A stretch of 64,000 nt of DNA from an uncultured Halobacteriales archaeon (GCA_964597855.1 CAZQZO010000001.1:267702-331701), one strand, 5' to 3'; positions 37,840 to 48,995 are shown, numbered from the stretch's first letter. Notes: generated from the letters alone by a model not told the origin. Program-made: numbers and translations.

Positions 37840-38561
37840 CTTTTGATCCATTCTCTTATTTCTTCAAATAAAATTGATCCTTCATACAACGCACTCCCTA
37901 CTACTGCCGCAGATGCGCCCGCCTGATAAAATATCTCTAAATCCTTCAAAGAAGCCACTCCTCCACTAGCAACAATTGGTATCTTCACCGATCTAGCCAT
38001 TTCTTCAATCACTCCCCCTCGTACCCCCTCTAATCTTCCTTCAACGTCCACGTCTGTAAACAAAATACCAGCCGCACCCAATTCTTCATACATTTTCGCT
38101 GCTTTTACTGGATCCAGGTTGGTCTTTTTTTCCCAACCTTCCACCACAATTTCTCTACCTTTTGAGTCTAGACTAACCATGATGCATTTTGGATGTTTAT
38201 TACTCAGCATTTCTACCAATTTTGGATTTTCTATTGCAGCGGTTCCTAAAATAACTCTTTCTGCCCCCATTTCTAACAATTCTGTTACCCTTTCTTCCGT
38301 TCTAATTCCACCTCCCACTTGCACCGATATGTCAATTTTTTCTAGAATTCTCTCTATTATTGATTTATTCTTAATTTCTCCTTCAAATGCGCCATCAATA
38401 TCCACTATGTGTATCACTTTTGCACCCAATTCTTCCCATTGCAAGGCACATTCTATCGGGTCTCCATAATATTTTTCAGTCCCTCTTAACCCTCCCACGA
38501 GTTGCACAGTCTTCCCATTTTGAATATCTATAGCCGGGATCACTTCAAATGGCGGGTTCAT
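37833..38561 (-). CDS. hisA: ProFAR isomerase HisA
   Basis: N-terminal VIPAIDIQNGKTVQLVGG, plus internal GGGIR and C-terminal SGGV motifs of the HisA/HisF barrel. The N-terminal pattern matches HisA. Confidence 0.88.
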   Translation of the reverse strand: MNPPFEVIPAIDIQNGKTVQLVGGLRGTEKYYGDPIECALQWEELGAKVIHIVDIDGAFEGEIKNKSIIERILEKIDISVQVGGGIRTEERVTELLEMGAERVILGTAAIENPKLVEMLSNKHPKCIMVSLDSKGREIVVEGWEKKTNLDPVKAAKMYEELGAAGILFTDVDVEGRLEGVRGGVIEEMARSVKIPIVASGGVASLKDLEIFYQAGASAAVVGSALYEGSILFEEIREWIKSI

Positions 38562-38660
38562 GCGTTTCGGTTCGTCTTACTCCACGTAAAGTCACCGTTT
38601 TCTGTCTCGCCAAAATCAGAACAGCAAGATCTAACAATACCCGCGTAAAATAACCACTCG

Positions 38661-39050
38661 ATGCCAACAGTCGAATATCTAAATTACGATGCGCTAACAG
38701 ACAACGAATGGGACATAGACGACGACGATCTCTTCGAAAAAGCCGCCAACGCTGGACTCTCTGGTGAAGATTATGGTTCTCTTGATGTCAACGAAGGAGA
38801 ATACATACTTGAAGCTGCAGAAGTCGAAGGATTTGATTGGCCATTTTCCTGCCGAGCAGGTGCATGTGCCAATTGCGCTGCCATATTAAAATCCGGTGAG
38901 ATTAACATGGATATGCAACAAATTCTTTCAGACGACGAAGTAGAAGAACTCAACGTCCGTCTCACGTGCATTGGGTCTCCCGAATCCGAAGAAATAAAGA
39001 TAATTTTCAATGCTAAACATTTGGATTATCTTCAAAATCGAGTAATTTAA
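38661..39050 (+). CDS. fdx: Plant-type [2Fe-2S] ferredoxin with the haloarchaeal-type acidic N-terminal insertion
   Basis: MPTVEYLNY... start, cluster ligands [10 protein letters not shown]...C, and a very acidic N-terminal extra domain as in Halobacterium/Haloarcula ferredoxin. Confidence 0.9.
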   Translation: MPTVEYLNYDALTDNEWDIDDDDLFEKAANAGLSGEDYGSLDVNEGEYILEAAEVEGFDWPFSCRAGACANCAAILKSGEINMDMQQILSDDEVEELNVRLTCIGSPESEEIKIIFNAKHLDYLQNRVI

Positions 39051-39131
39051 TTTACTCTTTAACCCCCAAAGTAATTTTATTGCTATTAAATAAGGGAAAT
39101 ATCTTTCTACACCCTGCGCGTCCAATTATTT

Positions 39132-39503
39132 GTGTCTAACTCTTTCGAAATATCATTTGGAGCTGATGGTCTAGTCCCTGTTGTCACCCAGAATATAGAA
39201 ACAAATGAAGTTCTCATGCTCGCTTATGCCGATTCTACCGCACTATCTCTAACCCGGGAAACCGGATTGGCACATTATTTTTCACGTAGCAGGAATGAAC
39301 TCTGGAAAAAAGGCGAAACTAGTGGCAATATCCAACATGTCCATGAAATACGTGTGGATTGTGACGGAGATGCAATTTTGTATATTGTTTCACAAACTAA
39401 TAATGCATGCCACACCGGCAAAATGTCCTGTTTCCATAACCAAATTAAAAATGTCGCTTCTGACAACTCTTCTACTTTAAAATTCTCTACAGAACCCATT
39501 TAA
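39132..39503 (+). CDS. hisI: Phosphoribosyl-AMP cyclohydrolase
   Basis: Motifs [26 protein letters not shown] and DCDGDA...C. GTG start. Confidence 0.85.
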   Translation: MSNSFEISFGADGLVPVVTQNIETNEVLMLAYADSTALSLTRETGLAHYFSRSRNELWKKGETSGNIQHVHEIRVDCDGDAILYIVSQTNNACHTGKMSCFHNQIKNVASDNSSTLKFSTEPI

Positions 39504-39982
39504 TGTCCATGCTGAACCTTTCCAACATTAAACAACAATTCACTCTGCCACTCCTCCCCCTAAATCTAACCATACTCGCTTCTGGATTACATTTCTATTG
39601 GGGCGCCCCTCGACTTTTATTATATTATCAATCCGGTGTTTTCTCCGATTGGAGGCCCTATGCCCTTACCATCTCTGCAGTTACAATTTGGGTAGTTTTG
39701 TTCACTTTCCGTAGAAATGCCCTTTCAAATTGGATTTATTTTTTCTGCCTGAGTCTGATGTCTATTCACATTGTGGGATATTGCACGTGGCATCTCCTGG
39801 GGCATCCTATATTTGACCCTGTTACTGGAAATTTATTATTCCATCTGCATCCAAATACCACCTTTCTAACCATTATTGAACACCTTCGATACGATAATTT
39901 TGCGCTTATTACTATTATCCTTGAATTAAGTTCTGTGATATTGTTCTTGTATTTAATTTTTAAATCAATTCTCTCAAAATAG
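39503..39982 (+). CDS. Hypothetical membrane protein (4-5 TM)
   Basis: A hydrophobic 159-aa ORF. Its ATG overlaps the hisI stop codon by 1 nt. Confidence 0.5.
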   Translation: MSMLNLSNIKQQFTLPLLPLNLTILASGLHFYWGAPRLLLYYQSGVFSDWRPYALTISAVTIWVVLFTFRRNALSNWIYFFCLSLMSIHIVGYCTWHLLGHPIFDPVTGNLLFHLHPNTTFLTIIEHLRYDNFALITIILELSSVILFLYLIFKSILSK

Positions 39983-40040
39983 TAACTTATTGAAACTTAT
40001 ATTCACGTGTTTTTAAATATCCGCGCAAAAAAGTAGTTGT

Positions 40041-40886
40041 ATGATCATTAGTGGTTCTGCATCTATTTCTCTTGCATCTTCTTTGTCTTCTCATTCCAAA
40101 ATACCTCTTGGAAAAACCACCCATCAAATTTTCCCTGACGGGGAATTCATGGTACAGACAAATTTTCAAGGCAACCATGGAATTATAGTTGCAGCAACAC
40201 GTTCTCCTTCAGATCATTTGGAACTTCTACAACTTCAAGATGCAGTCCGAGAAGCCGGGGCGGAAAAAATAACCACCATTTTGCCGTACATGGGGTATGC
40301 TCGACAAGATACTGTTTTCGAACCCGGGCAGTCTTTATCAGCACGCGCAATGGCACGATCGATAGGAACCGGAACTGACAGAGTCATCGTCATAAATCCT
40401 CACAAAAACACCGTATGTGACTACTTTGGTGTACCTACAATTGCTCTTGATGCTTCTTCAGTTTTGGCACAAACCCTCCCCGCCGATTTAGAAAACCCTC
40501 TTTTTCTCGCACCCGATTCTGGGGCCATTTCACTAGCAGAATCCGTTCGCGACGCTTATGGGGTGGGTGACTCTGATTTTTTCGAAAAGGACCGCATCTC
40601 TAGCACCGAGGTCCACATATCCCCTAGTGCCGTGGATGTGGCTGGAAGAGACGTAGTTTGTGTAGATGATATCATCTCTACTGGAACCACTACTAGTAAA
40701 TCTGCCAGTATTTTACACGATCGTGGGGCAAAAAAAATATTTGTCACTTGCGTCCATGCACTTTTGGTCGAAGACGCACGAAAAATGTTGTCCGGTTCCG
40801 GAGTTGATGCAATCTACACCACTGATACTATCGTAACCCCTGAAACCAAAGTATCAGTCGCTCCCTTACTTGCTGAACTATTGTAG
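40041..40886 (+). CDS. prs: Ribose-phosphate pyrophosphokinase
   Basis: The N-terminal pattern (IISGSAS..LA..L...........FPDGE) and the PRPP-binding loop VVCVDDIISTGTT are both present. Confidence 0.88.
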   Translation: MIISGSASISLASSLSSHSKIPLGKTTHQIFPDGEFMVQTNFQGNHGIIVAATRSPSDHLELLQLQDAVREAGAEKITTILPYMGYARQDTVFEPGQSLSARAMARSIGTGTDRVIVINPHKNTVCDYFGVPTIALDASSVLAQTLPADLENPLFLAPDSGAISLAESVRDAYGVGDSDFFEKDRISSTEVHISPSAVDVAGRDVVCVDDIISTGTTTSKSASILHDRGAKKIFVTCVHALLVEDARKMLSGSGVDAIYTTDTIVTPETKVSVAPLLAELL

Positions 40887-40893
40887 CTAATTT

Positions 40894-43800
40894 TTATCTC
40901 TGCTTAATTTTTATCTCTATGGGAATTCCTTCAACGACCCACTCTTTCATGTCTTTTTCTTTCTTTTTTATTATCTCAGTCGCTCTAACTTCTTGTTTTA
41001 TCAATCCTTCATGCAACATTATTAATTCTAAAATTCTTTCATCTAAAATTGAAACTATAACTGAAATTTCCTGATCGACTACCAACCCTTGCTCTTTTCT
41101 CATCTCTTGTATCCTTCTAATTACCTCTCTGGTGTATCCTTCTGATTCTATCTCTTCAGTCAGAGTCGTGTCTATGTAAATAACTCCAAATTCACACGTA
41201 GATTTAGCAACATTTTCAGGAAATATTTCTCTAAACTCAATCATTTCTTCAGTAACTGAAATTTCTTTGTTCAAGTTCTTGCTCAATACTTTGGATAATT
41301 CTTCTACATCTGGAGCTTCCAATTCAATTTCATTCAGAACACCAACGATTTCTGCTGTTGATTTCCCATAAATTGGACCAATGATATTCATGCGCCCAAT
41401 TGCTGAATATCTGACATCAAAACCCCGTCCTCCTGATTTTATCAACTTAATTTCTTGTGCATTTACTCTCTCTGACAATAATACTTTATATTTTTCTATG
41501 ACTTTGCCAATTTTATCATTTTTTGCTCTTATCTCCACCCCATAAATTGGCCAACGCAATTTCCTCCCCGCCATTTGACGTGCATGAGCTATTGATTCTT
41601 CTAAAATTCTTACTATTTCGATTTCATCTTCTAATTTTTTATCTTGAAGTTGCAGATCAACAGCTGGGAAATCACACATATGCACTGTTAGATTTTCACT
41701 CCTTTTCGTTAGATTTTGGTATATGTCCTCCGCTATGAATGGTGCAAACGGAGCAAGTAATATTATAGCTTCCAACAACACGTGGTGAAGCGTCACATAT
41801 GCAGCAGTCTTACTATCTGTATCCGAATCTGTCCACATCCTTTCTCGAACAATTTTAATATAATATCTGGATATGTCTTCCACGATAAGGTTTAGAATTG
41901 CATCTATAGCTTGATCTTGTCTGTATGCTTCCCACCCCTCTTTTGCAATTTGTTTAACTGTCTGCAAACGAGAAATAATCCATTTATCTATAGTTTCTAA
42001 AGCTACTTCTTCTAAAGTGAAATCCTGTGGATCAAATTCATCAATTTCCATATATGGAATTGGGAACCGAAATACATTCCATAAAATATTTAATCTACGA
42101 TTCATCTCTTCAATTTCTTCCCACGAAAACCGCATGTCTTCTCCCTGTGGATTCACCGACAACAAAAACAGACGCATTGGATCTGCACCATATTTTTCTA
42201 TAGCCTCTCTTGGGGAAACGATATTACCTAGCGACTTGGACATTTTTCTCCCATCTTCTGCCAGGGCCCAACCATGCATGAGTACATTTTCATAAGGTGA
42301 CTTTCCCATCGAAGCACTAGACATACCTAACTGAGACCAAAACCACCCTCTAGTTTGATCATGTGCTTCCATAATTAGATTGGCCGGCCAGACAGCCTCA
42401 AACTCTTCCTTTTTCGATGGATACCCTACCGTGCCCCATGTGGCAACCGATGAATCAATCCACACGTCAAATACATCTGGAACTCTTGTATATTTTTTAC
42501 CATTTTTAGTAATTGTAAGCTTGTCAACAGTTGGTTTGTGCAAATCTACACTTTCTGGATCAATTTTTTGATCTACCAACTTAGCTAGCTCCTCCCTCGT
42601 ACCCACTACAATCATGTCTTTAGATTCTTCTTCTAAACTAGCTCCTTCTGGAGTCCAAATTGGAATGGGTATCCCCCAATATCTCTGACGTGACACATTC
42701 CAATCTGGGGCCTCCTTGACAAACTCATAAAATCGATTATCTCTAGCCCACCCTGGATACCAACTTGATTTAGTTATATTTTTAATAAGTTCTTCTTTTA
42801 TTTCCGTTATTCTGATGAACCATTGATCTGTAACAATCTGAATTATGTTTGTATTACAACGCCAACACTTACCATAATCATGGGTGTATTTCTCTTTTGC
42901 AAGCAGTAAGCCTGAATTCTTCAAATCCTCAATAATCTCTTCGTTTGTATCTTTAACAAATTTTCCCTCATATTTTCCTGCATCCACTGTGTATATCCCA
43001 TCAGTGCCAACTGGGCAAAACAATTCCAAACCCATTTCTTTCCCAGCACGAAAGTCGTCTTCTCCGTGACCTGGGGCAGAGTGAACCAAACCCGTTCTAT
43101 CTATCTCCACGAAATCCGCCGAATAAACCCGCAATGATCCATCGTCTTTCGCATGATCGGGAACCTCCTGACTTAGCGGGTGTTTATACTTCCACCCTCT
43201 CATATCCTTTCCCTTCAATTCTTGCTCTACCTCAAAACTATCATATTTTCCCTTTTCAATTACTGGCTCCACGAGCGATTTTTCTATCCAGAGTCTTTCT
43301 TCTTTACCATCTTTCACACCCACAACTTTTTGATATGTGAACTCTTCATTCACGGCCACAAATGTGTTTGCCGGGAGAGTCCACGGAGTGGTAGTCCAAA
43401 TAACTAGAAATCCTTCCTCATCTTCTAATTCGAATTTAACATAAATAGAAGGATCCTTCACTTGGTGATATTCAATTTCATTTTTTGCAATAGAAGTTTC
43501 ACACCTTGGACATTGACTTATAGATCTTTTCCCCCGCTCAACCAATCCTCTTTCATGGGCCTGGGAAAACCCCCACCACGCAGCTTCCATATATTCTGAC
43601 GTAACTGTTTTATAGGCATTTTCCCAATCCATCCATACCCCAAATGAAATAAAATCATTTTGCAATCCTTCCCGTTGGAAATCTGCAAATTCTTTGCATT
43701 CCTCAATAAATTTTTCAATACCAAATGCTTCTATGTCCTTTTTATTTTTAAATCCAAGTTTTTCCTCCACTTTCGTCTCAATGGGGAGTCCATGCATGTC

Positions 43801-44061
43801 AAAACCCGGACGATCATATACTCGATATCCCTTCATACGATTATATCGAATATATCCATCTTTCAATGTTTTATTCCAAGCTGTGCCCATATGGGCAGCC
43901 CCCGAGGTGTAAGGGGGCCCATCCACAAAGAAAAATGGTTTCCCCTTCGCTCGATGCTCTTTCGTCTTTTCGTACGCTCCACTTTGCTTCCAGTACTCTT
44001 TCACACGTTCCTCTAACAATTGGGCTTCATATCTCCCACCAACTTCTACATCTTTTTCCAT
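40894..44061 (-). CDS. ileS: Isoleucine--tRNA ligase
   Basis: 1055 aa. A class I HIGH-type motif (PPYTSGAAHMGTAWN), KMSKS and an editing-domain insertion are present. Confidence 0.95.
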   Translation of the reverse strand: MEKDVEVGGRYEAQLLEERVKEYWKQSGAYEKTKEHRAKGKPFFFVDGPPYTSGAAHMGTAWNKTLKDGYIRYNRMKGYRVYDRPGFDMHGLPIETKVEEKLGFKNKKDIEAFGIEKFIEECKEFADFQREGLQNDFISFGVWMDWENAYKTVTSEYMEAAWWGFSQAHERGLVERGKRSISQCPRCETSIAKNEIEYHQVKDPSIYVKFELEDEEGFLVIWTTTPWTLPANTFVAVNEEFTYQKVVGVKDGKEERLWIEKSLVEPVIEKGKYDSFEVEQELKGKDMRGWKYKHPLSQEVPDHAKDDGSLRVYSADFVEIDRTGLVHSAPGHGEDDFRAGKEMGLELFCPVGTDGIYTVDAGKYEGKFVKDTNEEIIEDLKNSGLLLAKEKYTHDYGKCWRCNTNIIQIVTDQWFIRITEIKEELIKNITKSSWYPGWARDNRFYEFVKEAPDWNVSRQRYWGIPIPIWTPEGASLEEESKDMIVVGTREELAKLVDQKIDPESVDLHKPTVDKLTITKNGKKYTRVPDVFDVWIDSSVATWGTVGYPSKKEEFEAVWPANLIMEAHDQTRGWFWSQLGMSSASMGKSPYENVLMHGWALAEDGRKMSKSLGNIVSPREAIEKYGADPMRLFLLSVNPQGEDMRFSWEEIEEMNRRLNILWNVFRFPIPYMEIDEFDPQDFTLEEVALETIDKWIISRLQTVKQIAKEGWEAYRQDQAIDAILNLIVEDISRYYIKIVRERMWTDSDTDSKTAAYVTLHHVLLEAIILLAPFAPFIAEDIYQNLTKRSENLTVHMCDFPAVDLQLQDKKLEDEIEIVRILEESIAHARQMAGRKLRWPIYGVEIRAKNDKIGKVIEKYKVLLSERVNAQEIKLIKSGGRGFDVRYSAIGRMNIIGPIYGKSTAEIVGVLNEIELEAPDVEELSKVLSKNLNKEISVTEEMIEFREIFPENVAKSTCEFGVIYIDTTLTEEIESEGYTREVIRRIQEMRKEQGLVVDQEISVIVSILDERILELIMLHEGLIKQEVRATEIIKKKEKDMKEWVVEGIPIEIKIKQR

Positions 44062-44200
44062 AGTTAATTCCTCTCCTCCTGTAACTAAAGATTAATTGTT
44101 TGTGTTATCTTCCCCCCTCTCCCTCAACACGAGTTCGAGATTTTACATATTCAAAGTCGATCAGCGAGTATTTTTTCATGTGACAGGACCAACTAGCCTT

Positions 44201-44620
44201 ATGGAATCCTGTATTTTCTGTGCTATTGCTGAAGGTAGTATCCCTAGTCATTCTATTTATGAGAATGAAACAACCATGGCGTTTCTTGATATCAATCCAC
44301 TATCTACTGGACACACTCTTATAATCCCCAAATATCACTCTTCAAAACTCAATCAACTCCCCATTTCATTTGCAACTTCTTTGATGAACACAATCTATAC
44401 TTTAACTGGACCAATTGAAGAAGCAGTTGGTGCAACTGCCACCACAATAGCCTTTAACAACGGAAGTGCAGCAGGACAGGAAGTTCCCCATGTCCATTGT
44501 CATATTATCCCCCGATTCGAACAAGATGGTGGCAAGTCTGTTCACTCTATAGTCGAGAACCCCTCTCCACCTTCTGCAGATTTATCCAACATAGTGCTGT
44601 CAATCAAAAACCTGATTTAG
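44201..44620 (+). CDS. HIT-family (histidine triad) nucleotide hydrolase
   Basis: CIFCAI...FLDINPLSTGHTLIIPK and the triad HVHCHIIP. The longest ORF (44096) adds 35 non-conserved residues; ATG 44201 is preferred. Confidence 0.85.
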   Translation: MESCIFCAIAEGSIPSHSIYENETTMAFLDINPLSTGHTLIIPKYHSSKLNQLPISFATSLMNTIYTLTGPIEEAVGATATTIAFNNGSAAGQEVPHVHCHIIPRFEQDGGKSVHSIVENPSPPSADLSNIVLSIKNLI

Positions 44621-44644
44621 TTTCTCACCCGCCAAATCAATAGC

Positions 44645-46744
44645 TTATGTAAGCCTGAAATAACCGTCAGATGGACTAAAGATACTGCCATGTTCTGACA
44701 TTTTCTTTACCATGTGTTCAGTTTTATCCTTAGGGATTCCTTCTTTCTCTGCATGTTCAATAATATCTAAAATGGCAGCACCAGCTGGGTTACCTCCCTG
44801 TAATTCTTGTATTATCGATATGATGATCCTATGACGCTCATCTTGAGTTTTCGACGTTCCCATATCAATTACCCTAGCATCAAACATTCCAGTTTCTGGA
44901 TCGATACCTACCTTTTCGAGGCTAGAACGAACGAGTTCAATAACCCTTATAGCATCTTTTTTCTCAACAACATCTGCAAGACGGACCTTTGCGCTTGCTT
45001 CTGCTAATCTAACCAATGCCTCTAATTTACGAGCAGTAACTGGAATCGGACCCCCTGCCTCTCTCACCGAACGAAGCCCCACATAAAATTTCTTGATTTC
45101 CTCTTGCGCCTCTTCACTCATGATGGGGAAACAATTCCTCTTTGCAAACGCAATATATTTTCTAAATAACTCTGGTTCTATTTCCGGTTTAACCTCTTCA
45201 ACCATTTCCCCCAATTCGACTAAATTTTTCCCCGCATCAACTGCATGCTTTTCTCTTGTCCCCTGCTCTCCTATGTAATTAGTTTTAATTATATGTGCAG
45301 CTATCTTCTTATCTAGTTCTTCATCTACTTCATCTAGAATTCTAAATATCAAATCAAACCGGGATATCAACGCGGGCTCGAGATCGATTTGATCCCCAAT
45401 TGATCCATAGGTATCGTAAGATCCATATTTTGGGTTTGCCGCCCCCAAAAGTGAACATCTACTTTTCAATGTGGCATTGATTCCTGCTTTTGCTATGCTC
45501 ACTGTTTGCTGTTCAAGTGCTTCGTGCATCGCGGATCGATCTTCTACCCGCATCTTATCAATCTCATCAACCGCAGCTATTCCTTTATCTGCCAATACGA
45601 GGGCACCCGCTTCAAGTGACCATTGCTGACCCCCTCCAAAATCATCTTTCACCGCCGCCGCAGTTAGACCTGCACTCGAACTACCCTTTCCAGAAGTGTA
45701 TATTGAACGTGGTGCTATATGCCGAATATATTGTAATAATTGAGATTTACCTGTACCCGGATCTCCCACTAGTAATATGTGCACATTCCCCCTGATCCTT
45801 GTGCTATCTGGCAAATGCTTTGTTACTCCTGAAAATAATTGCAATGCAATTGCCAATTTTTCCTGTTCATATCCATATATCGATGGAGCAACAGACCCTA
45901 TCATTTTTTGATATATATCTTCTTTTTTTGAAAGTTCAAGAATGACCTTTTCATCTTCTTCTGATATCTCTATATTTTCAAATTCTAAATCTTCCGATGT
46001 TATAGAAATACCTTCCATATATACATCAAAAACTCTCAATTTTTCAGTCCCTCTTTTTCTCTGTTCAAGCCTCAACGTCCCCGTCGCAACAACCCGGTCC
46101 CCCGGGCTGATCAAACCACTTATGTCATCCTCTATGTGGATTTCTATACTCTGCGGTTGTTCTCCTCCTCTCAAACCTTCTGGGGATTCTTGTATGAGCA
46201 ATGTTTGTGTATCCGAGAACGTTGATTTCTCGAACTTAATCTCAAATGGACCCTGGCGTTCACACCCACCACACATGTACGGTTCTTGGTACCCTCTGAT
46301 CTGCGGCACATTTGTTACAGTTGCACAACGTTGACATTCAAATGCGGCGATATCCACCTTTGGACGCACATTAGTAGCCTTTCGTATTAGTCCTTCAACC
46401 GATACAAGGGTATTCACATCTTTAGACCTAATCTCCCGTATTTCTGTGAATTCTTGCAAGTTGTAAATTCTAATATGGGCTTTCTCTAGCATGTCATCCG
46501 TTTGATACCGCAAATCCCCTACATTTACCAACGCCTGTTTTGCAGCTTCTCTCACATTATCTGGATGTGTGATGAAATCATCCGCCATGTTCGGATCAAA
46601 TCTATACAGTTCTCCCCAATCTATGTTAAACGATCTTTGTTTTTTTGGATAGTTTTCAAGTAAAACCCCAACCTCTTCTTCACAATACGCACCTATGAAC
46701 TCTTCAAAACGCTCGACCAGTTGTTGATTTATTGCTTGAGACAT
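44645..46744 (-). CDS. mcm: MCM replicative helicase
   Basis: 699 aa. It has a Zn motif CQRC...CGGC, Walker A GDPGTGKS, Walker B DEIDKM, the arginine finger SRFDL and a C-terminal winged helix. No intein. Confidence 0.95.
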   Translation of the reverse strand: MSQAINQQLVERFEEFIGAYCEEEVGVLLENYPKKQRSFNIDWGELYRFDPNMADDFITHPDNVREAAKQALVNVGDLRYQTDDMLEKAHIRIYNLQEFTEIREIRSKDVNTLVSVEGLIRKATNVRPKVDIAAFECQRCATVTNVPQIRGYQEPYMCGGCERQGPFEIKFEKSTFSDTQTLLIQESPEGLRGGEQPQSIEIHIEDDISGLISPGDRVVATGTLRLEQRKRGTEKLRVFDVYMEGISITSEDLEFENIEISEEDEKVILELSKKEDIYQKMIGSVAPSIYGYEQEKLAIALQLFSGVTKHLPDSTRIRGNVHILLVGDPGTGKSQLLQYIRHIAPRSIYTSGKGSSSAGLTAAAVKDDFGGGQQWSLEAGALVLADKGIAAVDEIDKMRVEDRSAMHEALEQQTVSIAKAGINATLKSRCSLLGAANPKYGSYDTYGSIGDQIDLEPALISRFDLIFRILDEVDEELDKKIAAHIIKTNYIGEQGTREKHAVDAGKNLVELGEMVEEVKPEIEPELFRKYIAFAKRNCFPIMSEEAQEEIKKFYVGLRSVREAGGPIPVTARKLEALVRLAEASAKVRLADVVEKKDAIRVIELVRSSLEKVGIDPETGMFDARVIDMGTSKTQDERHRIIISIIQELQGGNPAGAAILDIIEHAEKEGIPKDKTEHMVKKMSEHGSIFSPSDGYFRLT

Positions 46745-46850
46745 ATCTTATGATTAACAATTCTAAACTTATCTCACATAAGTAGCTTTAGCAAGCGTGC
46801 GGACTGGAAGTGAAGGGGGCCATTGAACCCACTATCAAGAATATTTCTGA

Positions 46851-46923
46851 TGGGACCACCCGGATTTGAACCGGGGTCGCAGCGTCCCAAACGCTGAAGT
46901 ATACCAGGCTAACCCATGGTCCC
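46851..46923 (-). tRNA. tRNA-Pro (anticodon UGG)
   Basis: The reverse complement GGGACCATGGGTTAGCCTGGTATACTTCAGCGTTTGGGACGCTGCGACCCCGGTTCAAATCCGGGTGGTCCCA has acceptor GGGACCA/TGGTCCC and anticodon loop TTTGGGA. Confidence 0.92.
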
Positions 46924-46963
46924 GCCTACCCACATTTTCCCGTGAACACCGTAAAGTTTCCGC

Positions 46964-47686
46964 TTATTCTTTTTGAATTTCTACACTAGATCCTCTCCCA
47001 ATGTGGATCTCGTTTGCCATTTTGACGAAGAGACCGTGATCTACCACTCCTGGAATATTTGAAATTTCTTTGCTTAATTCTAATGGGGATTCTATATCTC
47101 CGAAATCACAATCGAGAAGAATATTTCCATTTTCAGTCGAAACTGGACCATCCTTTCTGACCGAATACCGCAGCTCGGGGTTTCCACCTATATTTTTGAT
47201 CCTAGATGAGACGATAGTCCTTGAAGAGAATATCACTTCGACCGGAACTGTTTTATTCAAAACCTCTGATACCTTGGTGGAATCTACCGCAACTATAAAT
47301 TTCTCTGCAGCAGAAGCCACAATTTTCTCTCTTGTATGGGCTGCTCCACCTCCTTTAACCAAATCAAAACCAGCAACTTGATCCGCCCCATCAATAGCGA
47401 TGTCAATGCGGTCTACTTCTGATAATCTCAGTAGTGGGATTCCAACCCCTTCTGCCAATTGACTAGATTGAAACGATGTTGATACCCCTTGTATATCTAA
47501 TCCTTGTTCGATAGCTTTGCCAAGTGTTTGTATGGCATATAATGCCGTGCTACCTGTTCCAAGACCTACAATATCTCCTTCTGAGACCATGGCAGCCGCA
47601 CTCTCTCCTGCCAATCTCTTTTCTTCTTCCGATCCACTAACTGATTTGCTAAAAATATCTCTAGTTGGATCATAAGTATATCTCAT
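46964..47686 (-). CDS. rpiA: Ribose-5-phosphate isomerase A
   Basis: Motifs GLGTGST, DGADQV and KGGGAAHTREKIV. Confidence 0.9.
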   Translation of the reverse strand: MRYTYDPTRDIFSKSVSGSEEEKRLAGESAAAMVSEGDIVGLGTGSTALYAIQTLGKAIEQGLDIQGVSTSFQSSQLAEGVGIPLLRLSEVDRIDIAIDGADQVAGFDLVKGGGAAHTREKIVASAAEKFIVAVDSTKVSEVLNKTVPVEVIFSSRTIVSSRIKNIGGNPELRYSVRKDGPVSTENGNILLDCDFGDIESPLELSKEISNIPGVVDHGLFVKMANEIHIGRGSSVEIQKE

Positions 47687-47689
47687 GTC

Positions 47690-48874
47690 TTATGATTTTA
47701 CGGAATACCTGTCAAGATAAACCTTTACCGCGTCTGGTTTATACAAAAGTTCTATTTCTCTAGACCTCCCCCTCCCTTCTATTGGTTTATACACAGCTGT
47801 TATTATTCCAACTTCCTCGAGCTTGTTTACGATCTCTGAGTATCTAGTATACCCCAATCCCGTCTGTTCGTGGAACACATCGTAGACGTCACCAGCCCTT
47901 TCACCCGAATAACCCACCAAAACATGAAGTAGCCCTCTTTCTGAATCTGTTAGGTTCCGAATACCCCGCGATAGATGCACATATTTTGCAGATTCATACG
48001 CTTTGTCTATATCTTCAATAATCATCTCTCGCGATGCACGCATTTCCGCATTAAGGCCTGCACGCCTTAATAAATCTATTCCCACTCTCAAATCCCCTTT
48101 TTCTGCGGTCAGCTTTGCAGCGTAGTTCAGTACCTTTTCCGAAACAACACCTTCATAAAATCCCCTCTTAACTCTAGTCCCAAGGATATCTAGAATTTCT
48201 GCAAAACCATATGGGGGGAAATAAACTTCTTCCGGTCGAAATACGCTTTGAACACGAGCATCGAGTCTAGACATTGCCTCCAGGGCAGGGTCTGAAGATA
48301 TAATTATCACCCCAATACGGGCACCTTGCTGCACCTCATGCGCACGCAATAATGAATATAATGTGTCCGATGCTTCCTTTTCATAAAACAAATAATTCAC
48401 ATCATCCAGTGCCACTATTAGCGTCTCATCATCTTCCACTATTCGCTCTGTAACCTGCCTAAATAACTTCTTAAAAGAAATCCCACTAGATGGCGGCTCG
48501 TACGAAAAAACTGATTCAAACAATCGTGAAAAAACGGAATAACGTGTAGAATCAACTTGACAATTAATCTGCACTGTCTTTATTTTTGGATAAAATTCCA
48601 ATTCATCAAATAAAAATTTAACAGCTGTTGTTTTCCCTGTGCCAGGAGGCCCCTGAGCATATACGCTCAATGGACGAGATTTTCTAATTGCTGGACGCAG
48701 TGCGAACGTAAAAGTATTCATCTGATTTTCCCGATGAACAAACTTTTCTGGCATGTGGTCCACTTCAAATAACTGCTCGTCCCTAAAAACCGATTCATCC
48801 CAAGACAACATATCTCTCGAAGCGCTGTCTTTCATCACTTTCACTTCACTCTTGTGGCTATTTAAGCTTTGCAT
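47690..48874 (-). CDS. Orc1/Cdc6 paralogue (second copy)
   Basis: Walker A GPPGTGKT, Walker B LIVALDDVN and a C-terminal winged helix. An alternative start lies at 48835 (MKDSAS...). Confidence 0.88.
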   Translation of the reverse strand: MQSLNSHKSEVKVMKDSASRDMLSWDESVFRDEQLFEVDHMPEKFVHRENQMNTFTFALRPAIRKSRPLSVYAQGPPGTGKTTAVKFLFDELEFYPKIKTVQINCQVDSTRYSVFSRLFESVFSYEPPSSGISFKKLFRQVTERIVEDDETLIVALDDVNYLFYEKEASDTLYSLLRAHEVQQGARIGVIIISSDPALEAMSRLDARVQSVFRPEEVYFPPYGFAEILDILGTRVKRGFYEGVVSEKVLNYAAKLTAEKGDLRVGIDLLRRAGLNAEMRASREMIIEDIDKAYESAKYVHLSRGIRNLTDSERGLLHVLVGYSGERAGDVYDVFHEQTGLGYTRYSEIVNKLEEVGIITAVYKPIEGRGRSREIELLYKPDAVKVYLDRYSVKS

Positions 48875-48995
48875 CTATTTGCAAACTTTCCCCCTGAACC
48901 CACAACTATTTCCTTCCAATTTTACCTCTATTCCGACCTCCCTTGGCAGAAATGCATGGCAATGAATTTTTACATCATCCCTCTGATTTAATACT

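Noticed and set aside
44096-44200. N-terminal 35 residues of the HIT-protein ORF
   Set aside because: This stretch is not conserved-looking and begins 35 nt from the divergent ileS start. HIT proteins start close to the CxFC motif, which follows ATG 44201.
32692-46744. Inteins in PolD large subunit or MCM
   Set aside because: Both proteins have typical intein-free lengths (1163 and 699 aa). Conserved motifs follow each other without an insertion, and I saw no intein splice-junction or homing-endonuclease (LAGLIDADG) blocks.
48875-48995. Possible second replication origin next to the second orc1/cdc6 copy
   Set aside because: The 121-bp spacer between orc1-2 and the larE-like gene has no TTCCAnnGGAAA / TCCACnnGAAAC core, no G-string and no extended AT-rich tract. 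Fragments such as TTTCCCCCTGAA and ATTTCCTTCCAATT do not match the ORBs seen at 13.9-14.3 kb. The sequence cannot exclude an origin, but nothing supports one.
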